Below, in pieces: positions 20,647-30,060 of a stretch of DNA of 64,000 nucleotides (position 1 is the stretch's first letter; every line of letters begins with the position of its first letter). Where the stretch lies: contig NW_003314267.1 in the NCBI RefSeq assembly GCF_000143415.4, forward strand, positions 1,822,529-1,886,528. Reading direction: 5' to 3'. The notes below the pieces were generated by a model. That model saw only the letters and a list, made by a program, of their open reading frames with translations. It did not search any database and was not told where the DNA came from. Source of the stretch: Selaginella moellendorffii (lineage: Eukaryota; Plantae; Lycopodiophyta). The position numbers were made by a program, and so were the translations under genes.

Positions 20647-23600
20647 ATGTCCAGGATGGAACGTCGTCCAGCACCCAGCAATAGTGGAGGACGAGCCAAG
20701 CCCCAGCCATTCACACTTGGAAGAGGCGCTCGAGGCCGCGGCCTCAGTATCAGACTGCCCCAGGGAGGTATGCTGAAGGGAAGAGCCGCCAACAGCAAAA
20801 CCCCAATCACTGGAAAGAGGACATCGCTGGGCTCTCCAGGGGACAGTGAGAAGCTAGGTTCAAGTGGCACGGCAGGAAGCAGTGAACACACAATCAGCGA
20901 TCAAACAGGCTTGAGGCAGAAATCACACCACACGAACAGTGATTACCTTGCAGAGTGCGCAGCCATGGATCTTCATGAAGAAGTCGTGCAGGGTACCAGG
21001 GAGATGATGATCAGGGCCCAGCACACTCATCAGCTTCTCAAAGAAATGGCAAACACACCAAAGGATACGCTGGAAAAGCTAGTCTCACTGGAACAGGATG
21101 GCGATGCACACAGAAGTAGCTTGGAAACCAAGGAGGAGCCACCAGCACCAGACACAGTCCTTGAGTCCGACTTAGGACGTCTTGGGAACCAACAGGAAGA
21201 AGATGAAGCAATGGACGAGGTGATCCTGCCTGGAAACACAGAAACACAGCATGGTTCCCCAGTACAACAAAGCTGTGCGCTGAACAGAGAAGTACAGGAA
21301 GTAAGTGGATTCCTAGGCTCGGGGGATCTAGCCAGTGGAGATGGACCACGGGAAGAGGTGGCCACAAGCAGAGCGCTGGACTTGAACTTCCTCACCCCCA
21401 TCACTGAGTGCATGGGACGCAGAAAGGCTCTCAACGTGGGGAAGACGGCCTCTGGAAAAAGCAAAGGTAGGACATGCCCTAATCCAAGTAAGAACAGGAG
21501 CGGCGTCACCACTAGGGCAGCAGCAGCAGCGATGAGGGCAGCCACGGTTATGGAGATACCAATAGGTTGTCATGCACAGGAGTCAAGGGCGGATCCAGAA
21601 GAAGAGAAGGGTGTGGAGACGCCAAATGAACAAGCGAGAGGGCACAGGGAAACGCCAGAGGTACACCAGACCGAGGCAAAGGAGCAGGTCCAGGGGGAAG
21701 AGGTGAGCCGCTGCCTCACCAAGGCCACAAGTGAAAGCCAGGGCCAGTCCAAGAGAGGGTCACTCAGCCAGAAGTTTTCTCATAGGTGCCTCTCGGATCT
21801 AACCAACAAAGTGAGAACATCTCTACCGGGCTCTCCGGGGAAGTCGGTAGGATCTCGACTTAAGAGCAGGACGTCTCCCAGTCCTCAGCCTGACTGTGAG
21901 CCCCAACTATTGGTGCTGCAACAATATATGCCACACCAGACAGAAGAAGGACAGCTGCAATGGGATCCCCAAACCTTTGCGAAGGCTCTGTGGGAGGCCA
22001 CTCAGAACGAAGTTCAGCTCGACCAAGATATACTCACTGCTGAAGTATGGCACCAGGAGACTCACCCTGAGGGAGAAGACCGAACTCTTGGCCCCGCTCT
22101 CAGGGAAGCCCTCGATCTCGCGACTGAGGCACTAGTCGCACCAAAAGAACAAGAGTACTCAAACAGCCAGGAGGCCCAACAAACTAAAATACAAGAGGAA
22201 GTGACAAGCACGTGGAAGGAGCAAGAGGAGCAAGAAGTGGAACAACAAAAGGACCAGGACAAGGAGATCCCGGAAGCTAGCAAAAAGGTGGAGGCTCAAA
22301 AGGAGCAATCGATTCTAGGGAAAAGAGGGAAGCCGCTGGCGATACTGCTGGAAGAACAGGAGGAGGAGATGAAGCGAATGGGACAGGAGAGGGAAAGAGA
22401 GGCCAAAAAAAACAAGATGGAGAAAAAGAAGGAACGCAAGGTGGCACGCAGGAAGTTAAAGACCCAAAGTAGCTCAAAGGAGGCCCTCCCGTGGGCAAAA
22501 GAGGTGGAGGAGTTTCTCCAAGAGGAGGAAACGTGTTCGGAGGAGGACCAGGAGCAGCAGAAGGATAGCGCAGCAAAAGGAAAAGCACAGGGAGCCTCGA
22601 CAGGACATGGCTGGGACAAGGTGGAAGTCAAGTGTCAGACCGCACCACGCCAAGGCCCAGAGGACCCAAGAGAGCAAGGTGACTTGGGAATTGAGCGGGA
22701 ACAAGAAGGCTGCTACACACAAGGAAAGGTGGCAAAGGAAGTCCTGCACACAGAAGCCTCTAAGACAGAGCCTCACACCGGAGATTCAGGGAAACGAGCT
22801 GGAGCAGCGCTAGATGCCAAGGTGACAGCAAAGGCGGTCAAGCTGGGTGAGACACTCAACCAGGTGGTGGCGGCCAGAGAGGAAGAACTACGCCATAGGG
22901 CAGTGATTGCAGTATTCAGGGGGAAGTTTCCCACTGGCCGCATGGCCATGGACTGGTTGAATGCTACGTTGGAGCAGGGGATCACAATCAAGAACCTGCT
23001 CCCACATGGACGTGGATGCTACACAGTGGTGTTTGAGACAGAGGAGGCGCGAGCTCGGGCAGAGGCGCTACATGGACTCATCGACGATAGCTGGGCGGTG
23101 TCCTTTCACCCGTGGATTCCAAGGTTCACGGCAGATGACCAGGCACGCCTGAAGGGGGGAAGTGTCCCACTTAACGTGGCGTTGTGGGACATCCCAATGG
23201 AGATGAGGATCAAAGAGGTGATAAGGGAGCTTGTAGAGAGAAGCATTGGGCAGATCGCCTCGGGCCTAGACACCGTGGATGCAGAGGGCATCCTAGGCCC
23301 TGTCAGACTGAAGGTCTTTGTCTCGTCCCCAGCAGAACTCCCTATGGAGATAGCAATCCTGGGACAATACGTTCGTATACTGGTGGAAAACGCAGCACCA
23401 CGCTGTGGCTTTTGCCTACAGTCCGGGCACAGCGAGAGCGCGTGCACGACCAAACGTCCCAAGCTTGCTCCAGGACGTCCCTTTGAACTTCCAGAGGCCG
23501 TGGAGAAGCAACTGAAGCAGCGTCCTCCAGAGCAGGCTCCACACATCCGGTTCCCAAGCGCACCACCTTTCTCTGGACCTGATTCACGGCCCAGAATGTT

Positions 23601-23952
23601 CGAGAGCCCGATCGCTGAGATAGATGGTGAAGGTTTTCAGCAGGTTCTTCCTCGAACGGTGAACATGGCAGTCAGATGGATCCCACCCAGGAGAGAACTG
23701 ACAACCACAGAGGCGGGAGACTGGCTGATGTACCGAGGACACACCGCTTTCCCAGAGGTCATCACGCTTGGCGATTACCAGACCCGGATGGAACGCGCCA
23801 TCACAGAGTGGACAGGATTTTCAGAATACGTAGTGCGGGGATTCTCCTGGACCAAGTACAAGGGGAGGCTCACTGCAGTATGGACCATCTCCTCGGAATG
23901 GAGGGCTAGGCCTAGCAACACGGTTTTCTCCTGGAAATACGTTGCACCATGA
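20647..23952 (+). CDS. LINE ORF1 (about 1100 aa; disordered/coiled-coil N-terminus, DUF4283/RRM-like region, CCHC knuckle)
   Basis: Uninterrupted ORF from the first ATG at 20647; CGFCLQSGHSESAC zinc knuckle. Confidence 0.85.
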   Translation: MSRMERRPAPSNSGGRAKPQPFTLGRGARGRGLSIRLPQGGMLKGRAANSKTPITGKRTSLGSPGDSEKLGSSGTAGSSEHTISDQTGLRQKSHHTNSDYLAECAAMDLHEEVVQGTREMMIRAQHTHQLLKEMANTPKDTLEKLVSLEQDGDAHRSSLETKEEPPAPDTVLESDLGRLGNQQEEDEAMDEVILPGNTETQHGSPVQQSCALNREVQEVSGFLGSGDLASGDGPREEVATSRALDLNFLTPITECMGRRKALNVGKTASGKSKGRTCPNPSKNRSGVTTRAAAAAMRAATVMEIPIGCHAQESRADPEEEKGVETPNEQARGHRETPEVHQTEAKEQVQGEEVSRCLTKATSESQGQSKRGSLSQKFSHRCLSDLTNKVRTSLPGSPGKSVGSRLKSRTSPSPQPDCEPQLLVLQQYMPHQTEEGQLQWDPQTFAKALWEATQNEVQLDQDILTAEVWHQETHPEGEDRTLGPALREALDLATEALVAPKEQEYSNSQEAQQTKIQEEVTSTWKEQEEQEVEQQKDQDKEIPEASKKVEAQKEQSILGKRGKPLAILLEEQEEEMKRMGQEREREAKKNKMEKKKERKVARRKLKTQSSSKEALPWAKEVEEFLQEEETCSEEDQEQQKDSAAKGKAQGASTGHGWDKVEVKCQTAPRQGPEDPREQGDLGIEREQEGCYTQGKVAKEVLHTEASKTEPHTGDSGKRAGAALDAKVTAKAVKLGETLNQVVAAREEELRHRAVIAVFRGKFPTGRMAMDWLNATLEQGITIKNLLPHGRGCYTVVFETEEARARAEALHGLIDDSWAVSFHPWIPRFTADDQARLKGGSVPLNVALWDIPMEMRIKEVIRELVERSIGQIASGLDTVDAEGILGPVRLKVFVSSPAELPMEIAILGQYVRILVENAAPRCGFCLQSGHSESACTTKRPKLAPGRPFELPEAVEKQLKQRPPEQAPHIRFPSAPPFSGPDSRPRMFESPIAEIDGEGFQQVLPRTVNMAVRWIPPRRELTTTEAGDWLMYRGHTAFPEVITLGDYQTRMERAITEWTGFSEYVVRGFSWTKYKGRLTAVWTISSEWRARPSNTVFSWKYVAP

Positions 23953-26900
23953 CTACGCTAACAGTGCTTACGTGGAACTGTCGGGGACTCAGCTCCAACG
24001 ACAGTAGGCTCAACAAGAGAGTGCAGCTAAAGTCCCACATCTGGGAGATTGGCTTAGAGGGGAGGATCGACATACTGTGCATCCAAGAGCACAAGATGGT
24101 GAAGGCTCCTGATTTCAACCTGGGCATGCGTGGGAGAATTTGGTGGAATCCGGCCACGCAAGCGAGGACACGATGTGGAGGAGGAACAGCGATCATCGTC
24201 TCGACCAAGTGGTCAGCACAGGTACGCAACCACAGGGTACTGGTCCCAGGGAAAGCACAGCTACTGGTCATACACCTCCACTTTGGGCGTGTTGGGATTG
24301 TCAACGTGTATGCACCGACTCGAAGAAGGGAGCGTGCACAGATGTGGGCAGATATCCAGCAGAGCACTCAAGGAGTGGCGGACGAATGGCTTGTGGTAGG
24401 GGACTTCAACATGGTGGAGGGTTTGAGTGACCGGCGAGGTTCACTGGAAACCATCCAGGGGAGAGAGAGAAAGAGTTGGACAGCGCTAGTCGAAGCCCTG
24501 GGAGTCTTGGACCTTCAGCACGCAGAGGGATTCGCTGCACACTCCCACCCATTCACGAGACGCCAATCGGTGGGGTGCCAAGCTCGGCTGGACAGGATCT
24601 ACGCTTCTACCAGGCTGCGACAAGATGGAGGGGGACTCAAAACGTGGCCCGCATTTGCCACCTTTTCAGACCACGACCCACTCCGAGGCATTCTCAAGCT
24701 ACAGGCGGTGAAGGGAACGGGGGTGCAGAGGAAGATCACCAAAGCCACAATGGCCGACCCGGTAGCAGTGAAGCTCGTCCGGGAAGCACTTGACAGCAGC
24801 AAAGGGGAACTCATCTTGGCGCTAGGCACTTGCTCCACTAAGCTCCGGGAAAGGCAGGCAGCACTCAAAGGGAAAGTTCTGAAAGAGGTGAGATTGGCAA
24901 GACAAAAGGTGGCGGCGGCCCAGAGAATGGTCCTACGTACAAGCGACAAGGCCAGATGGACAGCAACACTGGATGAGAGGGAAGCCGAGCTGCGGGACAA
25001 AGAATACGCAGCATGGAGTGCCGGACTCCGTACCATGGAGGATTGCTGGGCAATGAATGAGCGGCTTCTCAACAAAGCTTTCTACAAAGGGATCCGTCCA
25101 GTCACCGACTCCCCCCCTATCCTGGGACTGAGGAAGGACGAAGGTGAAGTGGTCGAGGACCAACAGGGAATGCAGGGGCTGGCACAAGAATTTTACCAGA
25201 AGTTGTACACGGCCCAGCCCTGGTCCCAGGATAGGAGAGACGCCGCAAGCAGGGTGCTGTCCACTCTTCCATGCAGAGTTCCCGACGAATTCCTGGAGGT
25301 GCTGGGGGTCGACTTTTCCTTGGAAGACCTCCACCGAGCCTTGGAGCAACTGAATGATGACAAGATGCCAGGTATGGACGGCCTCCTTCCAGCATTCTAT
25401 GAGGAGTATTGGGATGACGTTGGCCCAATGCTCCTGGAGACATGGCGAGATGCACAGCATACAGGGGTGCTGCCGGGAGAGATACTGGAGGGACAAATCG
25501 CATTGATTCCGAAACGAGGTGACCTTCAGGAACTTAGGAACTGGTGCCCCATAACCATGCTCAACACGTCGTACAAGATATATGCAAAGGCGATGGCACT
25601 CAAGTTGCAGTCAGCCATGCCCCGCATCATCAGAGAACAACAGACTGGATTCGTGCCGGGACGACAGATCGCAGAAAACATATGGACTTACCTTCTGGCA
25701 CAGCGGTGGGCAAACAGCTCAAACCAACAGATTGTAGCATGGCTACTAGACTTTGAGAAGGCCTACGATCGGGTCGATTGGGACTTTTTGGAGGAGTGCA
25801 TGCGGAGGATAGGGATCCCGGCAAGGACGGTCTCACGAATCTCACTTTTGTATAGGGGAGCCTCAAGCCAGGTCACACTGAATGGAGAGGTAGGCCTGAC
25901 CTTCCACTTGGGACGATCAGTGAGACAGGGATGTCCACTCGCCCCCTACCTGTTCCTGATAGTGGCAGAGACACTGGGCTCTTTCCTTGCGCATGGAGGG
26001 GACGTAAAAGGCTTGGTGCTGCCCTCTGAACGGCTACAACTCCCGGGAACTCAAGTGGTGGCGCAAGAACTGCAGGACGGAGCGTTTGCAGATGACACCG
26101 CACTCTTCCTACTTGCCACCCCGGGGAACCTGGACACAGCAAGGTCCAAGCTGGAGATCTTCAACATGGCAGCAGGGGCAGCCATAAACTGGAACAAGTC
26201 AGTAGGCGTGAACTGGGGAAAGCCGGGCATCGAGACTTGGGGGCAGGAGATAGGCTTTCAGTGGCTTCGCCCTGGGGAAGACACTCGGTACCTCGGCATC
26301 CAGGTTGGAGTCCAGTACAGTGCGGCTACACAGGACGACACGCTTCTCAGGAGGATCCGGACTGCAGTTCAGAAATGGACACCGAGGAAACTCGGACTCC
26401 CAGCTCGGATTGTAGTGGTCAAGAGCATGATCCTCCCCAGCATCTGGTACCACCTCTCGATTTGGCCAGTGCTAGAAACTACACTGCAAAAGGTGAGACA
26501 GATGGTGCGAACCTATGTGTGGCGTGGAGCGTTGGCTGCAGGGCGAACCATGGCCAAGGTGGCGTGGCAATCTACAGCGAGGCCGCGCATCCTAGGGGGG
26601 CTCGGGATCATCGACCCCAGTGACATGGCGAAGGCGATGAGGTACAAGATCTTTCTCATGGGCTTGCAACAGGGGAAACAGCCATGGCGACTCATGTTCC
26701 GGCAAAGCCTCCTAGCGATACGCCCCAAACACAATGCAGCCAAACCGTGGGAGGAGGACCCACGGTGGCTCTTTGCAGAAGGACCGACGCAGGTAGTGAG
26801 AGGGGGAAACTTTGTCCAGAGCCTTCATCGACTGTGGAGAGCCTTTCCGCTGGAGCAAACACCACCGACCAGGGCTGAGGAGTGGCTTAACCAGCCTCTG

Positions 26901-28460
26901 TTCTTCAATGCATTGTTCAAAATGGGAGGTGTGACACTGGGACGAGAGACACACCACACGATCTGGAGGAAAATGCATGCAAACGGATTCTGGACAATGA
27001 AGCAGCTGGCGGGAGTGATTGACAGGGATTGGTGGCGAACAGCGAGAAGGACTCAAGTGTTTGGACCTTGGAAGCGACGTAACATCCTGCTGGACGTTCT
27101 GCGACTCCTCCGAGTGGTGAACAACACGAAAGCAGGGAAGAAGTGGCCGAGAAGGTGCCTTCAAGCAGGCGACTTTGTGGCGATCCAGCGGCAAACTGAG
27201 TGGGAGGAACATGATGCTGTCCGACATCCACTAGGGACGTGGACTCGAGCATTCACCGCGCCTACACCACCATGGGAAGAAGGGGACGTTGAGGTGTGGT
27301 TCGTCACTGCACCAGAGCTCAACATAGGACTGCCATTTCGCATCACGAGAGGAGACACACTTCTCCCGATGGGTGAGAAACAAGAGATGCCGGATGTCAC
27401 GGATGATGAGGTACGTGGGAGGATTCGTGTGCTTAGGCAATCACCCAAGAGGCTGGACGTGGTGGACTCGGAAGACCTACTGGAGGGCGATGGATCACTG
27501 ATATGGTGGCGACAGCAACTACTAGAAGATCTGGACTGGGACCCAGCCGCATGGCGACGAGGGACGAGAAGCTTTTTCTCCTATGCAGTCAAGGAAGCGC
27601 GGAATGGACTACTGCAATCGCGAGAGGAGGCAAGAGAGGAGATTCCGAAGCTGTGGCAGAAATGGATAGCACAGGGGATCGATGCGGAGCAAGTGGTGGA
27701 CAACACGATCCACTTCTGGAAGTTGCCTGTGCAGGAAAAAGTGAAAGTCACCTCGTGGTTGGTAGCGAACAACAGGCTTCCGGTTGGACAGAGATTCCAG
27801 GACGACGCAAGTCGCAGGTGCAGGGAGTGTGGCGAAATTGAGACAGTCAAGCATGCGCTGTGGGAGTGTGACACCGCAAAGGAGGTGTGGCACCAGATTA
27901 TTAAGGCAGGGAAAGAGCTGGGCGTGACACAGGATTTCGAGGCCCGCAGTGGGGACGTGCTCCACTGGTTCGAGGAAGCGAGGGGTCCTGCCCAGGGCCC
28001 AGCCCTGCGACACATCAGGTGCAGAGGACGACACGGCTGGGGTATTCAAGTCCGCTGGGACACGACTGGGGCGGAGGTAGGAGTCCCCGTGTGGGAGGCG
28101 CTTGGCCATGCTCGATGGGCCATATGGCGTGCGACGGGAGTCCAGGTCCTTTGGGAAGCACGTAACCGGGCGCGCTTCGACGGGACACAGGTCAGAGTGT
28201 CACAGGTGCTGGCGGAGTGGTGGAGACTTACATTGGCGGCAGTACGGCTTCACCATGCTATCCTCCGGGATAGGGGGAAGCTTGAGAGGCTCGAGGAGTG
28301 GCAGAAAGCATGGATGCCATGTTTTGGTAGAGGAGATCACAAGGAGGTTCGTTGGAGATGGCGCCCCCCGGAGTCGATCTTGCGGTCAGCACGAAGGGGG
28401 GACGTGGATCTGGACGCGATACGACGGAGACGACCGCAGCCGCTTTTACTGCAGGCCTAG
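23949..28460 (+). CDS. LINE ORF2 (APE endonuclease, reverse transcriptase, zf-RVT)
   Basis: TWNCRG, CIQE, NVYAP, GDFN, RLDRIY, SDH; DFEKAYDRV, RQGCPLAP, FADD; CRECGEIETVKHALWEC. Overlaps the ORF1 stop via ATGA. Confidence 0.95.
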   Translation: MTTLTVLTWNCRGLSSNDSRLNKRVQLKSHIWEIGLEGRIDILCIQEHKMVKAPDFNLGMRGRIWWNPATQARTRCGGGTAIIVSTKWSAQVRNHRVLVPGKAQLLVIHLHFGRVGIVNVYAPTRRRERAQMWADIQQSTQGVADEWLVVGDFNMVEGLSDRRGSLETIQGRERKSWTALVEALGVLDLQHAEGFAAHSHPFTRRQSVGCQARLDRIYASTRLRQDGGGLKTWPAFATFSDHDPLRGILKLQAVKGTGVQRKITKATMADPVAVKLVREALDSSKGELILALGTCSTKLRERQAALKGKVLKEVRLARQKVAAAQRMVLRTSDKARWTATLDEREAELRDKEYAAWSAGLRTMEDCWAMNERLLNKAFYKGIRPVTDSPPILGLRKDEGEVVEDQQGMQGLAQEFYQKLYTAQPWSQDRRDAASRVLSTLPCRVPDEFLEVLGVDFSLEDLHRALEQLNDDKMPGMDGLLPAFYEEYWDDVGPMLLETWRDAQHTGVLPGEILEGQIALIPKRGDLQELRNWCPITMLNTSYKIYAKAMALKLQSAMPRIIREQQTGFVPGRQIAENIWTYLLAQRWANSSNQQIVAWLLDFEKAYDRVDWDFLEECMRRIGIPARTVSRISLLYRGASSQVTLNGEVGLTFHLGRSVRQGCPLAPYLFLIVAETLGSFLAHGGDVKGLVLPSERLQLPGTQVVAQELQDGAFADDTALFLLATPGNLDTARSKLEIFNMAAGAAINWNKSVGVNWGKPGIETWGQEIGFQWLRPGEDTRYLGIQVGVQYSAATQDDTLLRRIRTAVQKWTPRKLGLPARIVVVKSMILPSIWYHLSIWPVLETTLQKVRQMVRTYVWRGALAAGRTMAKVAWQSTARPRILGGLGIIDPSDMAKAMRYKIFLMGLQQGKQPWRLMFRQSLLAIRPKHNAAKPWEEDPRWLFAEGPTQVVRGGNFVQSLHRLWRAFPLEQTPPTRAEEWLNQPLFFNALFKMGGVTLGRETHHTIWRKMHANGFWTMKQLAGVIDRDWWRTARRTQVFGPWKRRNILLDVLRLLRVVNNTKAGKKWPRRCLQAGDFVAIQRQTEWEEHDAVRHPLGTWTRAFTAPTPPWEEGDVEVWFVTAPELNIGLPFRITRGDTLLPMGEKQEMPDVTDDEVRGRIRVLRQSPKRLDVVDSEDLLEGDGSLIWWRQQLLEDLDWDPAAWRRGTRSFFSYAVKEARNGLLQSREEAREEIPKLWQKWIAQGIDAEQVVDNTIHFWKLPVQEKVKVTSWLVANNRLPVGQRFQDDASRRCRECGEIETVKHALWECDTAKEVWHQIIKAGKELGVTQDFEARSGDVLHWFEEARGPAQGPALRHIRCRGRHGWGIQVRWDTTGAEVGVPVWEALGHARWAIWRATGVQVLWEARNRARFDGTQVRVSQVLAEWWRLTLAAVRLHHAILRDRGKLERLEEWQKAWMPCFGRGDHKEVRWRWRPPESILRSARRGDVDLDAIRRRRPQPLLLQA

Positions 28461-30060
28461 TCCCACTTTAGATGAGGGAGACCCCACTAGGTAGCATGAG
28501 ATTCGGGCAGCATGCCCGGTTTTTGTATTAGTCCCTACGGGACATTGGGGAATGTACATACACGTTTCACCAAACCGTTGTACCAATGCAATGCCGTCCT
28601 TTGGAGACACGTGGGAAACTCACGCAAATGTCGAACATCATCCCAAGAATGATATGTGGCAATCACCGTAAAGTGATCAAACCAATGGTACACATCATCC
28701 CCAAGATTCCCGCGAAAGAACTCCGGCCGAACGAGAGGATTGGCACCAAGAGCAGGAGGAGTTGTACCATGTGCTGTGAATGCCGCCATCAACTGAGTTT
28801 GGTTGTTCAATTGCAAGTGCATAGCATCAAGTAATTGTACCAACTTCTGCTCCAGAGTCAAAGGAGGAGATTGCTAATCTACCATAGATACGAATGAAAA
28901 AGAAAGAGCAAAAGAAGAGAAATGACAAAAAGCTAGAAGGAAATGGTAGATTTAGACAATGCAAAAAGCTAGATCTAAACCAAAATCCTAAAGGAAAGAA
29001 CAAAAGAAAGAAAATGGAAAAAGCTAGATCTAAATTGAAATCCCAAATCCAAGCACTCCCCAGGGACAATCAAAGGTGCCCCTCAACTCCACCAATGTGG
29101 GTGCATGGAATATGAAAAGGGAATACAGAAATGTGCATATCAATTAACCCAAAAACCCTAGTTTATATACAGAAGCGAGTGGTCTGGATTGAAACCAATC
29201 TGATGGCTACCAAAATCCCACTATGCTAATATTAATATACGGCATCGTAGCCGTACACTTGGCCCTCACAAATTAATTTTTTCATTAAAAATTTCCAAAT
29301 AAGTAGCAAGATAAAATATAATAGAAGTTCAAATTAAATCTAAATATAATGATCTAAACTTAAACATGATGACAATAAATATAAAATATAATCCATTATA
29401 AAAAAAGTCATTTATGCATATAGCACAAGCTATGCCATTTTAAATATTTTGAGAAAAACTACTACAGACAACTATTATTTAAATGATAATAGTTATTGTT
29501 ATCCAAAATGCATATGTGATTCTAAAAGCATCATTATTCTATAAAAGTCAAATGGTGAATTTAAGTGATTTATAATTTGTAATATTGTATATACTTAGAA
29601 TATATTTGGATATTTTGGGAGATTCTACCATCTAATCTTGTATTTATAACTTATAAACTCCTAGTATATTCTAGTTTATTCTAAAAAAACAATTGTGTTT
29701 ATAAATTATAAACATATAATAATTACTTTTCGGGCTTAAAATTAATTCTATAAGTGATGCTCCAACACCTTAAAATATTAAAAAGTAAGAGTTGAACTAT
29801 AAACACTCACAACATTGTTATTATAAAGTTCTTTAGTTATTATAAGTCCAACTACATGGTTATTTAGAGTTTATTGTGCAATATAATATACAAATGTGTA
29901 GAAGTTTTAATTGAATTACCCATTAATAAATTAGATTAATAAATAACACTAAACATGAACATACTGGTAAAGAATTTAAGTTATTTAAATTATATCTCAT
30001 TTATTCTACACTAAAAAATATTCTTACCATACATAAAAAAAAAGTGCTCTGGTCAGAGCT

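Larger units (their letters stand above)
20424..28569 (+). mobile_element. Full-length L1/Tx1-clade LINE inserted in gag of element A
   Basis: 17-bp TSD CCAAACCGTTGTACCAA at 20407-20423 and 28570-28586; two intact ORFs; A24 tract at the 5' end. Confidence 0.93.
10567..29270 (-). mobile_element. Ty3/gypsy LTR retrotransposon A (non-chromovirus), degenerate, hosting nested insertions
   Basis: 175-bp TG..CA LTRs at 10567-10741 and 29096-29270 (13 differences by manual count, all transitions). PBS TGGTGGAG (tRNA-Ala type) at ~29080-29095; PPT at ~10742-10757. Gag at 28861-28587 and 20423-19928; protease, RT (FIDD), RNase H and integrase fragments at 13500-10774. No TSD (GAAAC vs AATTA). Confidence 0.9.
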
